Shown here in pieces: positions 1 through 10,420 of a stretch of 64,000 nt of DNA; the stretch's first letter is position 1, and every line of letters begins with the position of its first letter. The stretch covers positions 434,001-498,000 of the forward strand of contig CDRNVI010000054.1 of assembly GCA_977017575.1 (NCBI GenBank), given 5' to 3'. The notes beneath the pieces are model-generated. The model had not been told where the DNA came from and made no database searches. It saw nothing but the letters and a program-made list of their open reading frames with translations. The stretch is from Paramoeba atlantica. Lineage: Eukaryota > Protista > Discosea. A program made the translations under genes and the position numbers.

Positions 1-533
1 TCTCTCCTATATGCATAGTGAATTATTTGCTCGTACGGGGCGCTAGTCCCATATCAGTGCATCGCGCCAACAACCTATTTTTCCGAGATGAGAGTGAAGA
101 CTTGTTTGGTATTACTGAGATTGCTTGGAATGCTTTTGTTACCGCCGCTAATTATCACATAAGCCCCGTCAAGCACACGAACGAGCACGTGTGGTGGGAG
201 GACATCGGGCGGACAATGTTTCCGGAAGTGTATCGGGCAGCGAAACATTGGATTTCGCTTCCTTATGTAGTAACGCAATGCGATTCGTGGCTTTCAGTGT
301 TAAGTAACAAGTACAGTAGTCGACAAGCCAGTATTGGAACATGTACAGTCGCAAATCAAATGTTTTTACGAGGAAACATGTCATATTTACCTTATTTGGA
401 TAAGTCGATAAAACTTATTGAGCAGTGCAATACGCAAAAGGGAGAAACCAGTTGCTACTATACTGAAGATAACACGTGCACATCTGAGAGTTCGCATTCT
501 GAAATTGAAACCGATAATATTATTGATTCGTAA
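1..533 (+). mobile_element. hAT-like transposase, C-terminal dimerisation region (frame is open at the window edge)
   Basis: WWEDIGRTMFPEVYRAAKHWISLP..CDSWLSVLS..SSRQ..VANQMFLRGN fits the hAT dimerisation pattern (WW..FP.L..A..LS.P..ERxFS..R..L..MFL). It is closely paralleled by the minus-strand remnant at 58467-58830. Confidence 0.6.
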
Positions 534-631
534 CTTTAAGTGATTCTACAATGCGTCGTATATTTCATTGTATGTTTTGAAAATTAAAATTTCAAGACAA
601 TATATTTCAAGATAAGATAGGGCGGGGGGGA

Positions 632-674
632 GGGTAGGCTTCCGGTGGGCCTAGGGGGTGTACACCAAAAAAAA
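632..674 (+). mobile_element. Extremely 5'-truncated CRE-like retrotransposon 3' tail plus oligo(A)
   Basis: GGGTAGGCTTCCGGTGGGCCTAGGGGG is identical to 22981-23007, the 3' UTR of the CRE fragment. Both copies are followed by an A-run. Confidence 0.65.
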
Positions 675-1141
675 TATTCGTTATAATTGCATGTAATGTT
701 TTGAATTTAAGCATTTTTATATCCTCAGATGCTAATTACGATAAAGTATACTTTTTTTCTCATTTTTCCGTCCGTTCTTCTCATTCGCATTGTTTTTCCC
801 ATTGTAAAAAATGGGAAATTATTTACATATTTTATAAACCTATACTACCCCTGAGTATACAGGGGGATAAGAGTAGGAAAACTACTCAAACGAAAAAAGA
901 TAAAGATATTGTTTCTGTAAAGCTGCCTTCTCCGAAAGCTCTCGGACTTACCAGGCACTGCCATCTCATTGACGGTACACGCGCCGACCAAAAACGTTGG
1001 TTCAAAAAACCAAAAGGTGGACAAAGAATATTTCATACTCTCTGTAAAGTGTGTAAGTGGCTAACTTACACGCGTGTAAGATCCCACTTACACGCTCATT
1101 GTGTAAGTGGCTAACTTAGCCCGGAAGGTATGTATTTGTTG

Positions 1142-1290
1142 TCATTCGCGTTTTCGGCTGTATAATCTGTTGATTGTGCTCCTGTCAAGATTTTTTATTT
1201 TCGCAACGTCTGGTATCGAACGTCCGGAGTCTATAGACTATAGAATTCATAGGTTATCTCACTTATGGACTTCCAACACACCGAAGTCTC
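1142..1290 (-). mobile_element. pogo/Tc1-type transposase N-terminal HTH remnant
   Basis: The minus strand reads SISEITYEFYSL/DSGRSIPDVAKIKNLDRSTINRLYSRKRE across a frameshift, resembling a CENP-B/psq-like HTH. Confidence 0.4.
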
Positions 1291-1760
1291 GTCACCAGTC
1301 GCAATAGTAGTGTACGCACCGCGGTCGACATTCATATGAGCGCTCGTATCAAGAAATTTGCTTACTGACTCTTCGGCGTCGGTAGAAACAAGTTGTGTAC
1401 AACCGTTCACCCGGCGTCGGCACACATTTGAAAAATGACAAAAGCGTAGCCAAAACTTTTCTTTGCGGTACTCAGACACGCCCCGAAAATGAGCTGAGTT
1501 ACCAGAGAAAAACGAAAACACTATTGTCTTCGGAACTCCAGTGAGGACTTCCCGAAGAGTTGGCCTGCCACAAAATTTTAGCCTTCCAGAAAATCGGAAA
1601 AGCAGGAAAAAGCGCATAGGTTAGTTTCATCATCGCTTTGATCACAAAAATGCGACACAGCGTCTTCCGGTTCTAAAATTCGAATAGGCGCTCAATGGGT
1701 TATGCTCCTCGACATCATTTAAATTATGCGATGTAGGAAATTTTGATGTGGCATGTTAAA

Positions 1761-1850
1761 AAACGCGTAGGGCATCGTAACATTCCGAGGTGAATGTTAC
1801 GATGCCCTACGCGTTTACCGTACCTAAACCACAGTAGTGTGGTTTAGGTA
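1761..1850. repeat. Two adjacent perfect hairpins
   Basis: 25-bp stem (1761-1785 / 1792-1816) with a 6-nt loop, then a 13-bp stem with a 4-nt loop (1821-1850). Confidence 0.9.
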
Positions 1851-2898
1851 GGCGTTGGTACCATCGATTCGATGGCAGTGCCATGGAAGACGACGAGGAG
1901 GAGACCTTACTTTCCCATTTTTCCCCATTTCTTTTCCTTTTAACCCCCCCACATTGAGTTTGTGTCCAGCTGCCGGAGAAAGTTGCTTTCACAGAAACGG
2001 TACCTTTATCGTTTGAGTGGCTTTCCTACCGTATCTTCCATGTTTGGTATCACTGCGATACTTTCACCGTTTGGCCGCAGGGAAACAGCAACCTTACTGG
2101 TATTAAAAGTCTCAAAAGACCTTTTTTTATTCAGTAACATATGGAAAAATATATTGCAGAAGGAGATAGTTTTAGAATTACCGAGACGAATCGAGTAACA
2201 AAGAAATACTTCGTATTTAAAGAAATACTTCGTATCATCCTTAGGATGATCGCAGTCAAAATACAGTAAGTATCTCCACATGTAAGTAGAGTACTTCTTC
2301 TTAGAGTCTTGAAAAAAATCCAGAATTAAATTACCCAGAATGGTTTGCAGGTGTTAGGTGACTTATCTTCTCTACTTTTTGAAAAAGAGGCTAAATCATG
2401 GAAGTAACGTTATGAGTTTAAAGTACCTGCCTTTGCAGGATTTGAAAGCTATGTGATACAAGACGTAATAAGGTGTAACTGTGAATCTAAATGAGTGGAA
2501 TCACCGGACCAGGATATACTTTGCCGGCCTTTTTGTCTTGCGTTCCCAACGTGATATGGGGACTTGAAAGTGGGAGAGAGGAAAGGCAAAAAACCAGTAT
2601 CAAGACTTTTTTTGTATTTTGAACTTTTTTGGATATACGACTTTTAGTGCCTTTGTTCGCATTTATGCTTTTATTTTTCAAGAGCTGAAGCCCTTAGCAT
2701 ACTTTTTCATTAATCCGCTTCCTCCAGAAATCACTTTTGCACCATTTATTTTATCAATCTTTGTCACACACCCTCGAAGGAACTCCTGCAACATGGCCGG
2801 AACACTACTGTACTGCAGAAATTTAACTACTATCCCAACTTACAACATTTTAATTAGTATTTACTACGAGAAAATTAATTTCTCACATATTCTCTCCT

Positions 2899-5637
2899 AT
2901 GTCGGCCTTTGGGATTGACTTCGGTAACGCACATTGTCGTGTCGCTGTCACACGTCGCGGTGGTGTGGATGTTCTACTCAACGAAATTTCCAAGCGTGAC
3001 AACGCCACCTATGTAAGCTTTAGCCCCACCGAACGTCACATCGGGGAGAAGGGTCTGGATCATGCCATTCGAAACGCGAAAAACACCATTCACAATTTAA
3101 AAAGGTTTATGGGCATGAAAGGGGACTCCCCCATGCTGGTCTGCGAGCGGCAAAGGGTGTTGTTCGAAATTGAATCCGTCGAAGATGTAAACGTTTCGTT
3201 CGCGGTCTCCTACCAAAATGAGAAACACAACTTCTCCCCGCCGCAAATTCTTGCCATGATGCTCACGCAGCTTCGTGAGATCGTGGAGAAGGATAGCGTG
3301 GAGAGTGCACAGGCGATTTCCGGCAACGTTGGCTCGATGTCCGCTACCCAGGCTTCCGATTGTGTCGTCAGCTGTCCGGCGTATTACACCATTCCTCAGC
3401 GCCGAGCGATTCTACAGTCCTGTACGATTGCCGGGCTGAACTGCATGGGGTTGCTCAATGAGACCACCGCCGCGGCGTTGGATTATGGTATTTTTAAATC
3501 AACGACGTTTCCAGAGGAAATGGTAACCCCGAAAGCCCCCGTGCAGTCAAAAGAGAATGGCGATGCATCGAAAAAGGAATCAGCTTCGGAATCTCCCGCT
3601 CCGTCCTTTCCCACATTAGGCCATCTTGTGTTTTTTGTCGATATTGGGCACAGCGCGACGACAATTTCTTTGGTCTCTTTTTGGCGCTCGAAAATGAAAG
3701 TGATTCATACGGTCTATGATGTGGATCTCGGTACGCGAGAGATTGACTACCTGTTGCGGGACCATTTCGTGCAGGAAATTCGGAACAAGTATAAGTTGGA
3801 TGTGCTGGAGAGTGCCAAGGCAAAGACTCGATTGCTACATGCATGTGAGAAGCTGAAGACCATGCTGTCCGCAAATAGTAGCGCTCCTCTCCACCTGGAG
3901 TGTTTACTGAACGATGTGGATGTAAGCTTCTCTGAGAACAAACGAGAACTGCTTGAGAATTTGATTGAAGACCCCTTTCTTCAAAAGTTTACCACGTTGT
4001 GTGAAAGAGCTTTTCAAGGATTAACCCGCTTGGTAGAATCTTTGGGAGGCGAGGGTCTGCCCTCATACAGTGTTGAGCTTCTAGGCGGTGGTTCACGTAT
4101 TCCAATTCTAAAATCGGTCTTGGAGAAGATCTTTAATATTGTTCCGAGCGCCACTCTCAATGCCACAGAATCCGTTGCGAAAGGATGTGCCATCTTTGCC
4201 GCCATGCAATCTCCGAAATATAAGGTGCGAAATTACGACATTCAGGAGTCACTTCCGTGGGGGATTCAGATCGGGTACTACAGTGCGGCCATCGGTACTC
4301 CTGCAACTCTTCCCCCAAATCTTCTCTCTTCCCGATTTCAAGATATTAACAAAGTTTTACTGCTGTTTAAACCTGGGGAAACCTACGCAAAGTCCCTCGA
4401 CCTAACCTTTGAACGTGATGACAGTTTTCGTCTCTGTTTCGCGTACGAGCCGCAGAGCGCAGAAGAGATTTCACATCGATTAGGTCCCCATGCGGGTTAT
4501 CTCGGCGAGGTGACCCTAGGGAAGCCCCCGATTGCGACCTTTCCTGAAAACGCCGAAAATATTTCTAGAACGAACGTCCGGGTTCGATTTCGGTACTCCC
4601 TGAAATATGGCACCCTTGAGGTAGACTCCGCGCACAGCTCTTCTAACTATGAGACGGAGGAAAAAATTATTCCCAAAGAAACAGTAAAAGAAAAAGAGAA
4701 CGAAAAGAAACCGGAGTCCACAAATTCAGAGACAGCGGAGGACTCCAAAACAGAAGAAATGGCAGCAAAACCTGAAGACGTACCTCCTCCTACGCGAAAG
4801 GTTCGTCGAGAGTCCAAGAAATTACCTCTGACGCTGGATGCTCACTACACGACTTCTCTAAGTCCCGAAGAAATGCTCAATGCTACCACCGGGGAGAAAC
4901 GAATGCATGCCAGTGATCAACTCGTACAAGAAACCATCGAAGCTCGAAATACCCTCGAAAGTTACTTTTATGAAGTCAAACACAAAATCGTGGAGCCTTC
5001 CGGGCTGTGGCACGCCTTCACCTCTCCAGAAAACATACAAAAATTTGAACAAGACTGCGCTACCAGTGCCTCCTGGCTGGAGTCTGAACAAGGTGAGGAA
5101 GCCAGTAAAGAGGAAATTCTTGCACGACTCACGCCTTTGCAGGAAATCGCGAATGCGGCTTGCTCACGCTACCGAAATGCCGAGGAGATTCCCTATCGCG
5201 TCAGTTGTTTTGAAAAAGAAATGGAAAGACTTGCGGCAGAGGTAAGAAAATTAAAGCCGGAGGCCGCAGGGGGGTGGCACACCGCAGAGGAGCTGGAAAA
5301 AGCTCATCAGAGTATTCAGGACGCGAATCAGTGGGTGGTGGAGACACGGGGGAAGTATGAGTCCAGTGCTCGTTATCTCACACCCTGCTTTACGCCTGAG
5401 ATGATGCAGAAGAAAGTGATTGAGGTGGAACAAGGTCTACGTCCGATCTTGAAAAAGGTCAAGCCACCTCCTCCGAAGCCAGAGACTCCGGAAACGAAGA
5501 AAGAGGCAGAGAAAACAAGCACAGAGAGCAAAGATGACATGCCGGAAGTGACGGAAGGGGAAGAAGAGACCTGTCAAGCTGAAGGAAACGTGTCCGAATG
5601 TGCGAAGACGACACCAAGTGCGATGGATATGGACTGA
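2899..5637 (+). CDS. HSP110: Hsp110/Sse1-family nucleotide-exchange chaperone
   Basis: GIDFGN, LLNETTAAALDYGI, LLGGGSRIP, TLNATESVAKGCA, an acidic insertion, EARNTLESYFYE and a C-terminal MDMD. Confidence 0.93.
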   Translation: MSAFGIDFGNAHCRVAVTRRGGVDVLLNEISKRDNATYVSFSPTERHIGEKGLDHAIRNAKNTIHNLKRFMGMKGDSPMLVCERQRVLFEIESVEDVNVSFAVSYQNEKHNFSPPQILAMMLTQLREIVEKDSVESAQAISGNVGSMSATQASDCVVSCPAYYTIPQRRAILQSCTIAGLNCMGLLNETTAAALDYGIFKSTTFPEEMVTPKAPVQSKENGDASKKESASESPAPSFPTLGHLVFFVDIGHSATTISLVSFWRSKMKVIHTVYDVDLGTREIDYLLRDHFVQEIRNKYKLDVLESAKAKTRLLHACEKLKTMLSANSSAPLHLECLLNDVDVSFSENKRELLENLIEDPFLQKFTTLCERAFQGLTRLVESLGGEGLPSYSVELLGGGSRIPILKSVLEKIFNIVPSATLNATESVAKGCAIFAAMQSPKYKVRNYDIQESLPWGIQIGYYSAAIGTPATLPPNLLSSRFQDINKVLLLFKPGETYAKSLDLTFERDDSFRLCFAYEPQSAEEISHRLGPHAGYLGEVTLGKPPIATFPENAENISRTNVRVRFRYSLKYGTLEVDSAHSSSNYETEEKIIPKETVKEKENEKKPESTNSETAEDSKTEEMAAKPEDVPPPTRKVRRESKKLPLTLDAHYTTSLSPEEMLNATTGEKRMHASDQLVQETIEARNTLESYFYEVKHKIVEPSGLWHAFTSPENIQKFEQDCATSASWLESEQGEEASKEEILARLTPLQEIANAACSRYRNAEEIPYRVSCFEKEMERLAAEVRKLKPEAAGGWHTAEELEKAHQSIQDANQWVVETRGKYESSARYLTPCFTPEMMQKKVIEVEQGLRPILKKVKPPPPKPETPETKKEAEKTSTESKDDMPEVTEGEEETCQAEGNVSECAKTTPSAMDMD

Positions 5638-6076
5638 TCAAGAGAGAATGACCAACTTTGATTTGCGTACTCATATTTCATTGCTGTTTTTCAGTGGGCG
5701 TACAATATAGAACATTGATCAACTCCAAATCACGTGAGATAATTTACGTAAGAAGTGAATTCTAATGATTGATGGGACTTATTGTTTACATTCTCTCAAA
5801 TCTACCACATGAACCATATTATTTTTATCACAGAAGTCGATCACATGCCTCGGATATTATGGAACAATTTTTCGGTTTGCTAGATTTCGAGTTAACAAGA
5901 AAACCGCATACAAAATGTAACCCCGTGCTTAGGATCTACACTACTAGTGAGATCCGCTTGATCTAGACAAACCATTTTTCATAGAAACGTAAACACACGA
6001 TTATCCCCTGCTTACCTATCCTTCCTATACCTCTTTTTACCCCATCCCTACAAATTACTCCCCTCTCCACCCCACC

Positions 6077-7786
6077 ATGCCAAACCCAACGCCCCAAGAG
6101 CTCAACCCCCCCTCTACCCCACCCCAAACCGAAATTTCAACTCATCCACTCCCCAACCCTCCAAAAATGGATCTTCCCCCCTCTCCCCCACCCTCTTCTT
6201 CTTCTTCTTCTGCTGCTGCTTCCGAGGCCGCCCACACCGCCAAGGCCCTCGGCAACCAATGCTACCACTCCGGGCACTACCCCGAAGCCCTCACGCACTA
6301 CTCCCACGCGATCCAACTCGATCCCACCCACCTAAGCGCCTATCTCAACCGCGCCCTCATGCACTTAAAGCTGGAGTGTCCCGGGGCCGCGCTCTCCGAT
6401 GCGGAGGCCGCGCTGGCCTTAGATTACACTTCGGCCAAAGCGCACTACCGAAAAGGCTACGCCCATTACCTGCTGGGGCATTACAAGAGCGCGCTGCCGG
6501 CATTTGCCGCGGCGGTTCGTATAGAAACGCAAGAAGAAAATAAGAATAAGGATAATAAGAATAAGGATAACATTAATAAGAATAAGATGAATAAGAATAA
6601 GAATATGAATAGGAATAAAGAAGCCTCGCAGATGTATGACCTCTGCGAAAAGGAACTGGCCCGGGCCAACTTCCTTAAAGCGATTGCGCTCCCCGAGCGT
6701 GCCCGCCCCTATGAGGTGGTGCAGTGGCAGGGGATTGAAATCGGGGAAGGGACCACGGACTACACCGGTCCCCGATGGGAGCAGGACGAACCCATCCCCT
6801 CGAAAACGTTCCTCCACCAAATGATGGAGGGCTTCTCCCTGGGCCGGTTGCTCCACAAAAGGTACGCGATCCGGATTTTACTCGAGGCCCGGAAACTTTT
6901 CGCGGCCTGTGAAAACATTCACCGGGTGGATCGACCCGTAGGGGAACACATTACGGTCTGCGGGGACATCCACGGGCAGTACTTTGATTTAGCCAACCTT
7001 TTTACCCTCAACGGGTTCCCCGAGGGGGTCTCCAACCCCTACCTGTTTAACGGGGACCTGGTGGATCGCGGGAGCTACGGCGTGGAGTGTCTGCTCACGC
7101 TGTGCGCGGTGAAGCTCCACGACCCGGCCGCGGTGTTCCTTAGCCGCGGCAACCATGAGGGGCTCAACCTCAACAAGGTCTACGGGTTCGAGGGGGAGGC
7201 GAAGGCGAAATACGGGGAGGGGTTCTACGAACTCGCCCACGATGTGTTTCGCGCCCTCCCGCTGGGGCATGTGTTAGGCACGAAAGTGTTTATCACCCAC
7301 GGGGGGTTGTTCGCCCAGGATGGGGTCACGGTGGAGGGGTTGAACCAACTCAACCGCTGTCGGGATATCCCCGAGGAGGGGTTGATGTGTGAGATGCTGT
7401 GGAGTGACCCGCAGGAGGGGGAGGGGAGAGCGCCGAATAAACGGGGCGTCGGGGTGGCGTTTGGCCCGGATGTCACCGATAGCTTTTTAAAACACAACGG
7501 GTTCGATTTGTTGATTCGTTCCCATGAGGTGAAACCGGAGGGGTATGTGGTGGAGCACGGGGGGAAGTGTGTGACGGTGTTTAGCGCGCCGAATTATTGC
7601 GACCAACTGGGCAATAAAGGGGCGTTTATTCGCATGACGCGGAGTGAGAAGAGGAGGGGGGAGAAGACCGGGGCAGAGGAAGGGGAAGAAGAGGGAACGG
7701 AGTACTGGATTCCCGCGTTTACGAGCTTTACGCACGTACCGCATCCGGGGGTTAAAGCGATGCAATATTCTCCGTATATGATATAG
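6077..7786 (+). CDS. PP5: Serine/threonine protein phosphatase 5 (3 TPRs plus PPP catalytic domain)
   Basis: TPR repeats followed by GDIHGQ, GDLVDRG, RGNHE, SAPNYC and the HP.VKAMQY tail. Confidence 0.95.
   Translation: MPNPTPQELNPPSTPPQTEISTHPLPNPPKMDLPPSPPPSSSSSSAAASEAAHTAKALGNQCYHSGHYPEALTHYSHAIQLDPTHLSAYLNRALMHLKLECPGAALSDAEAALALDYTSAKAHYRKGYAHYLLGHYKSALPAFAAAVRIETQEENKNKDNKNKDNINKNKMNKNKNMNRNKEASQMYDLCEKELARANFLKAIALPERARPYEVVQWQGIEIGEGTTDYTGPRWEQDEPIPSKTFLHQMMEGFSLGRLLHKRYAIRILLEARKLFAACENIHRVDRPVGEHITVCGDIHGQYFDLANLFTLNGFPEGVSNPYLFNGDLVDRGSYGVECLLTLCAVKLHDPAAVFLSRGNHEGLNLNKVYGFEGEAKAKYGEGFYELAHDVFRALPLGHVLGTKVFITHGGLFAQDGVTVEGLNQLNRCRDIPEEGLMCEMLWSDPQEGEGRAPNKRGVGVAFGPDVTDSFLKHNGFDLLIRSHEVKPEGYVVEHGGKCVTVFSAPNYCDQLGNKGAFIRMTRSEKRRGEKTGAEEGEEEGTEYWIPAFTSFTHVPHPGVKAMQYSPYMI
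6537..6619 (+). repeat. In-frame (AATAAG)n-like microsatellite in PP5 encoding an N/K-rich insert
   Basis: ENKNKDNKNKDNINKNKMNKNKNMNRNKE immediately after the third TPR. Confidence 0.85.
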
Positions 7787-7892
7787 CGTAAGGGAGAAGC
7801 GCAGGGTTGGTGCGGTAACGATCAAACAAATATTATCGTCCGTACTACTGAACTGGAAACATTTTAGTAAATGGAAGAATGCAGAAACTGAA

Positions 7893-8642
7893 ATGATATT
7901 GAAACAATGTCGCAATAGTTTGCACCTTTATTATAATTACGATATACCTTTAGATTTGAGATATTCCTTTTATTGCTTCAGTATTCAGCTTATGATTGCG
8001 ATATTTCGGGGGATCAGCCACCAGGTTCTATCTCGTGATGGCGTATCTCAACTAAGTAAAGTACGGGGAGCGATTTTACCACAGGAATACACGCTGTCCC
8101 GATTTGTTAGTAATCTAACGGAGAAGGATGCGTCATGGAGTGATCGAATACCGGCATGCGATTGGAAACACGTCGAATGCGATTCCCATGGGCAGGTGGT
8201 TTCTTTGGAGTGGGAAAACCATACTTCCGATCTAACGGACGCTGACTACTTGTCCTTAGGAGGGCAACTCTTGTGGGAACATATCCCGCAGACTTTGGTT
8301 TCATTTCATGGCGCTTCGCAGTATTTCATGGGTCCAGTCGCACTTTCTCTATTGCCTCCTCTGCTTCGGACGTTTATCATTAGTTATAATGCATTCAACG
8401 GGGAATTGGACTTGACTCACTTACCCTGTAAAATTCAAGTGATTTGGTTGAATGGAAATCAATTTACGGGGAAAATTGATCTTACATCTCTTCCCGCATC
8501 AATACAAACAATGAACCTTTCCTATAATAAGCTGTGCGGAAACGTGGACCTGTCCAAACTCCCTGCAAACTTAATTCAGCTGGTTCTTTCGGGGAATTAC
8601 TTTGATGGTTCAGCATTCGTTCCGGAAAATGTTAAGCTCTGA
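7893..8642 (+). CDS. LRR family copy 1 (LRRNT-like cap plus 23-aa repeats); likely start ATG 7992
   Basis: SKV..AILPQEY.L leader, W..PACDWKHVEC cap and LP..L..L.L..N.F.G.vDL repeats. Confidence 0.85.
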   Translation: MILKQCRNSLHLYYNYDIPLDLRYSFYCFSIQLMIAIFRGISHQVLSRDGVSQLSKVRGAILPQEYTLSRFVSNLTEKDASWSDRIPACDWKHVECDSHGQVVSLEWENHTSDLTDADYLSLGGQLLWEHIPQTLVSFHGASQYFMGPVALSLLPPLLRTFIISYNAFNGELDLTHLPCKIQVIWLNGNQFTGKIDLTSLPASIQTMNLSYNKLCGNVDLSKLPANLIQLVLSGNYFDGSAFVPENVKL

Positions 8643-9358
8643 AGTTATGCCTAATTCCTTAGATGGTATTCCTCTAAAGTAAGAAATTAACAAAGCGTAC
8701 TTCATTTATTAGTAAACAAGAATTTATACATCATCCAGATCAGTAATTATGCATTTTTGAGCGTGAAAATCAACAAAAAAAAGGTATTTGGGATGGATCT
8801 GTCCGAGGATGATGTTTTTAACATTCTTCCTTCAATGTATTATGCACACAGTGTATAGGGCAAGGGGGAAAGTAGGTAGGGAGACAGCGGGCAACATACT
8901 CCTTTGGGCTATTCAAGCAGAAAACTAAGTGAATCAAGAGATTGAAAAAATATCCAAACGAATAATTGGAAACACGTCGAATGCGATTCCCATAGGCAAA
9001 TAGTTTCTTTAGAATGAAATACGAACATTCGATTCGACAATATTCGATTCGATAGGATACTCGATTCATCACGCCCTGACTATCTGTCCTTAGAAGGGTC
9101 ACTCTTGTGGGAACATATCCCCCAGACGCTGATTTCATTTCAAGCCTCTTCGCAGCGTTTGATAGGCCCAGTGGCACTTTCTCTATTACCACCTCTGCTT
9201 CGGAGGCTTATCATTAGTCTCAATGCGTTCAACGGGGAATTGGACTTGACTCACTTACCCTGTAAGTTGAAAGTGATTATGTTGAAGTGATTATGTTGAA
9301 TGGAAATCAATTTACGGGGGAAATTGATCTTACATCTCTTCACGCATCAATACAAATA

Positions 9359-10394
9359 CTGTCCCCCCCTACTGTATTTACTATTGAGTGCTCAACCCCC
9401 CCTATTTAGTGTTGAATTTTGGGTTCGGTGCGTATAGGCGCCGCGAAGCGGCGCTTAATTTTTTCCCATAACTTTTTTTTCCTTATCTTTGCTTGTTATT
9501 TGTGATTGTTTACTCTCCCTCTCATTGATTTTTATAAATATAATTTATAGCAAAAATGAATGCGTCAAGAGAAGCGCTCTTCCTAACAACATATTTATCT
9601 AAAAAATTAACCACTGGTGGTAAATAAATTTACGAAGGCTTTTACAAAACAAAGTGGTGATCAGCACTTCCAGGGGAAAATATGTCCTCTTCATTTTCTT
9701 CTGCTGCATCAAGAACCGGTATCACTGTAAACAGTTCGCTCGCCCGGCGAATCGCTTCAAGGATGTTTTCTGGATTATTTAGACTTTCCGGCTAAATTCC
9801 GACCTTACTCCACGCCTGAACATTGGGAATGCCTCTGCCGATTATCATTAAGGTGGGCGTACGTTTCGATAATACTGTCAAGAAGCCGTGCTCTGCTTAT
9901 TTTTGCTCCGATCGACCGAGTGTCACCGATTCACTTCCCCTCAGTGTATTGACTCTGACAGCATTTCAGTAAGGTCATGATTAGGTAGTCTAATAGTTTT
10001 GGCTTCAAACGGTTAAAGAGACCCACATCGCAAGCCTGAACTCTTCATGTGCACTTTGCTGGAATGTACACAATTCGCAACCATGAAAAAGTGTTTTCGT
10101 TGCGCGTGATAAGTACAGAGCGCGTGGTATGTACAGAGCAGCAATCCAAGAGAAGAATCAAGGCAGGTTTTTATTCAGTTTGTGAAATATGTCCCCCCAC
10201 AGGGCTTTTATACGAATGCCCCACAGCGTTCATAAAGACGTATCCCCAACCAAGTGAAAAAATACTACAATCATGGTTTTGAAAACAATAGGCCGCGAAG
10301 CGGCGAGCTTTTTTGAGGGGAGGAGATTTCTTACCCCCCCTATTTAGTGTTGAATTTTTCAGAATTTCACTCAACACTAAATAAGGGGGGGCAA
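9359..10394 (-). mobile_element. Non-autonomous pogo-like element, family A copy 1
   Basis: CTGTCCCCCCC-type termini in TA context. The minus strand retains IVYIPAKCT*RVQACDVGLFNRLK (DDE_1 P..T..LQP.D.G.F..LK). It is the inverted copy of 19911-21050. Confidence 0.8.
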
Positions 10395-10420
10395 TAATAA
10401 ACCTTGCCCGTAATCAACTG

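Noticed and set aside
880-1114. piggyBac-like Cys-rich tail (RHCHL..CKVC)
   Set aside because: The Cys/His spacing is incomplete, with no TTAA-flanked TIR or DDD core.
1290-1320. TGDET as a mariner catalytic motif
   Set aside because: It is followed by an HTH rather than by the rest of a DDE domain, so it is probably coincidental.
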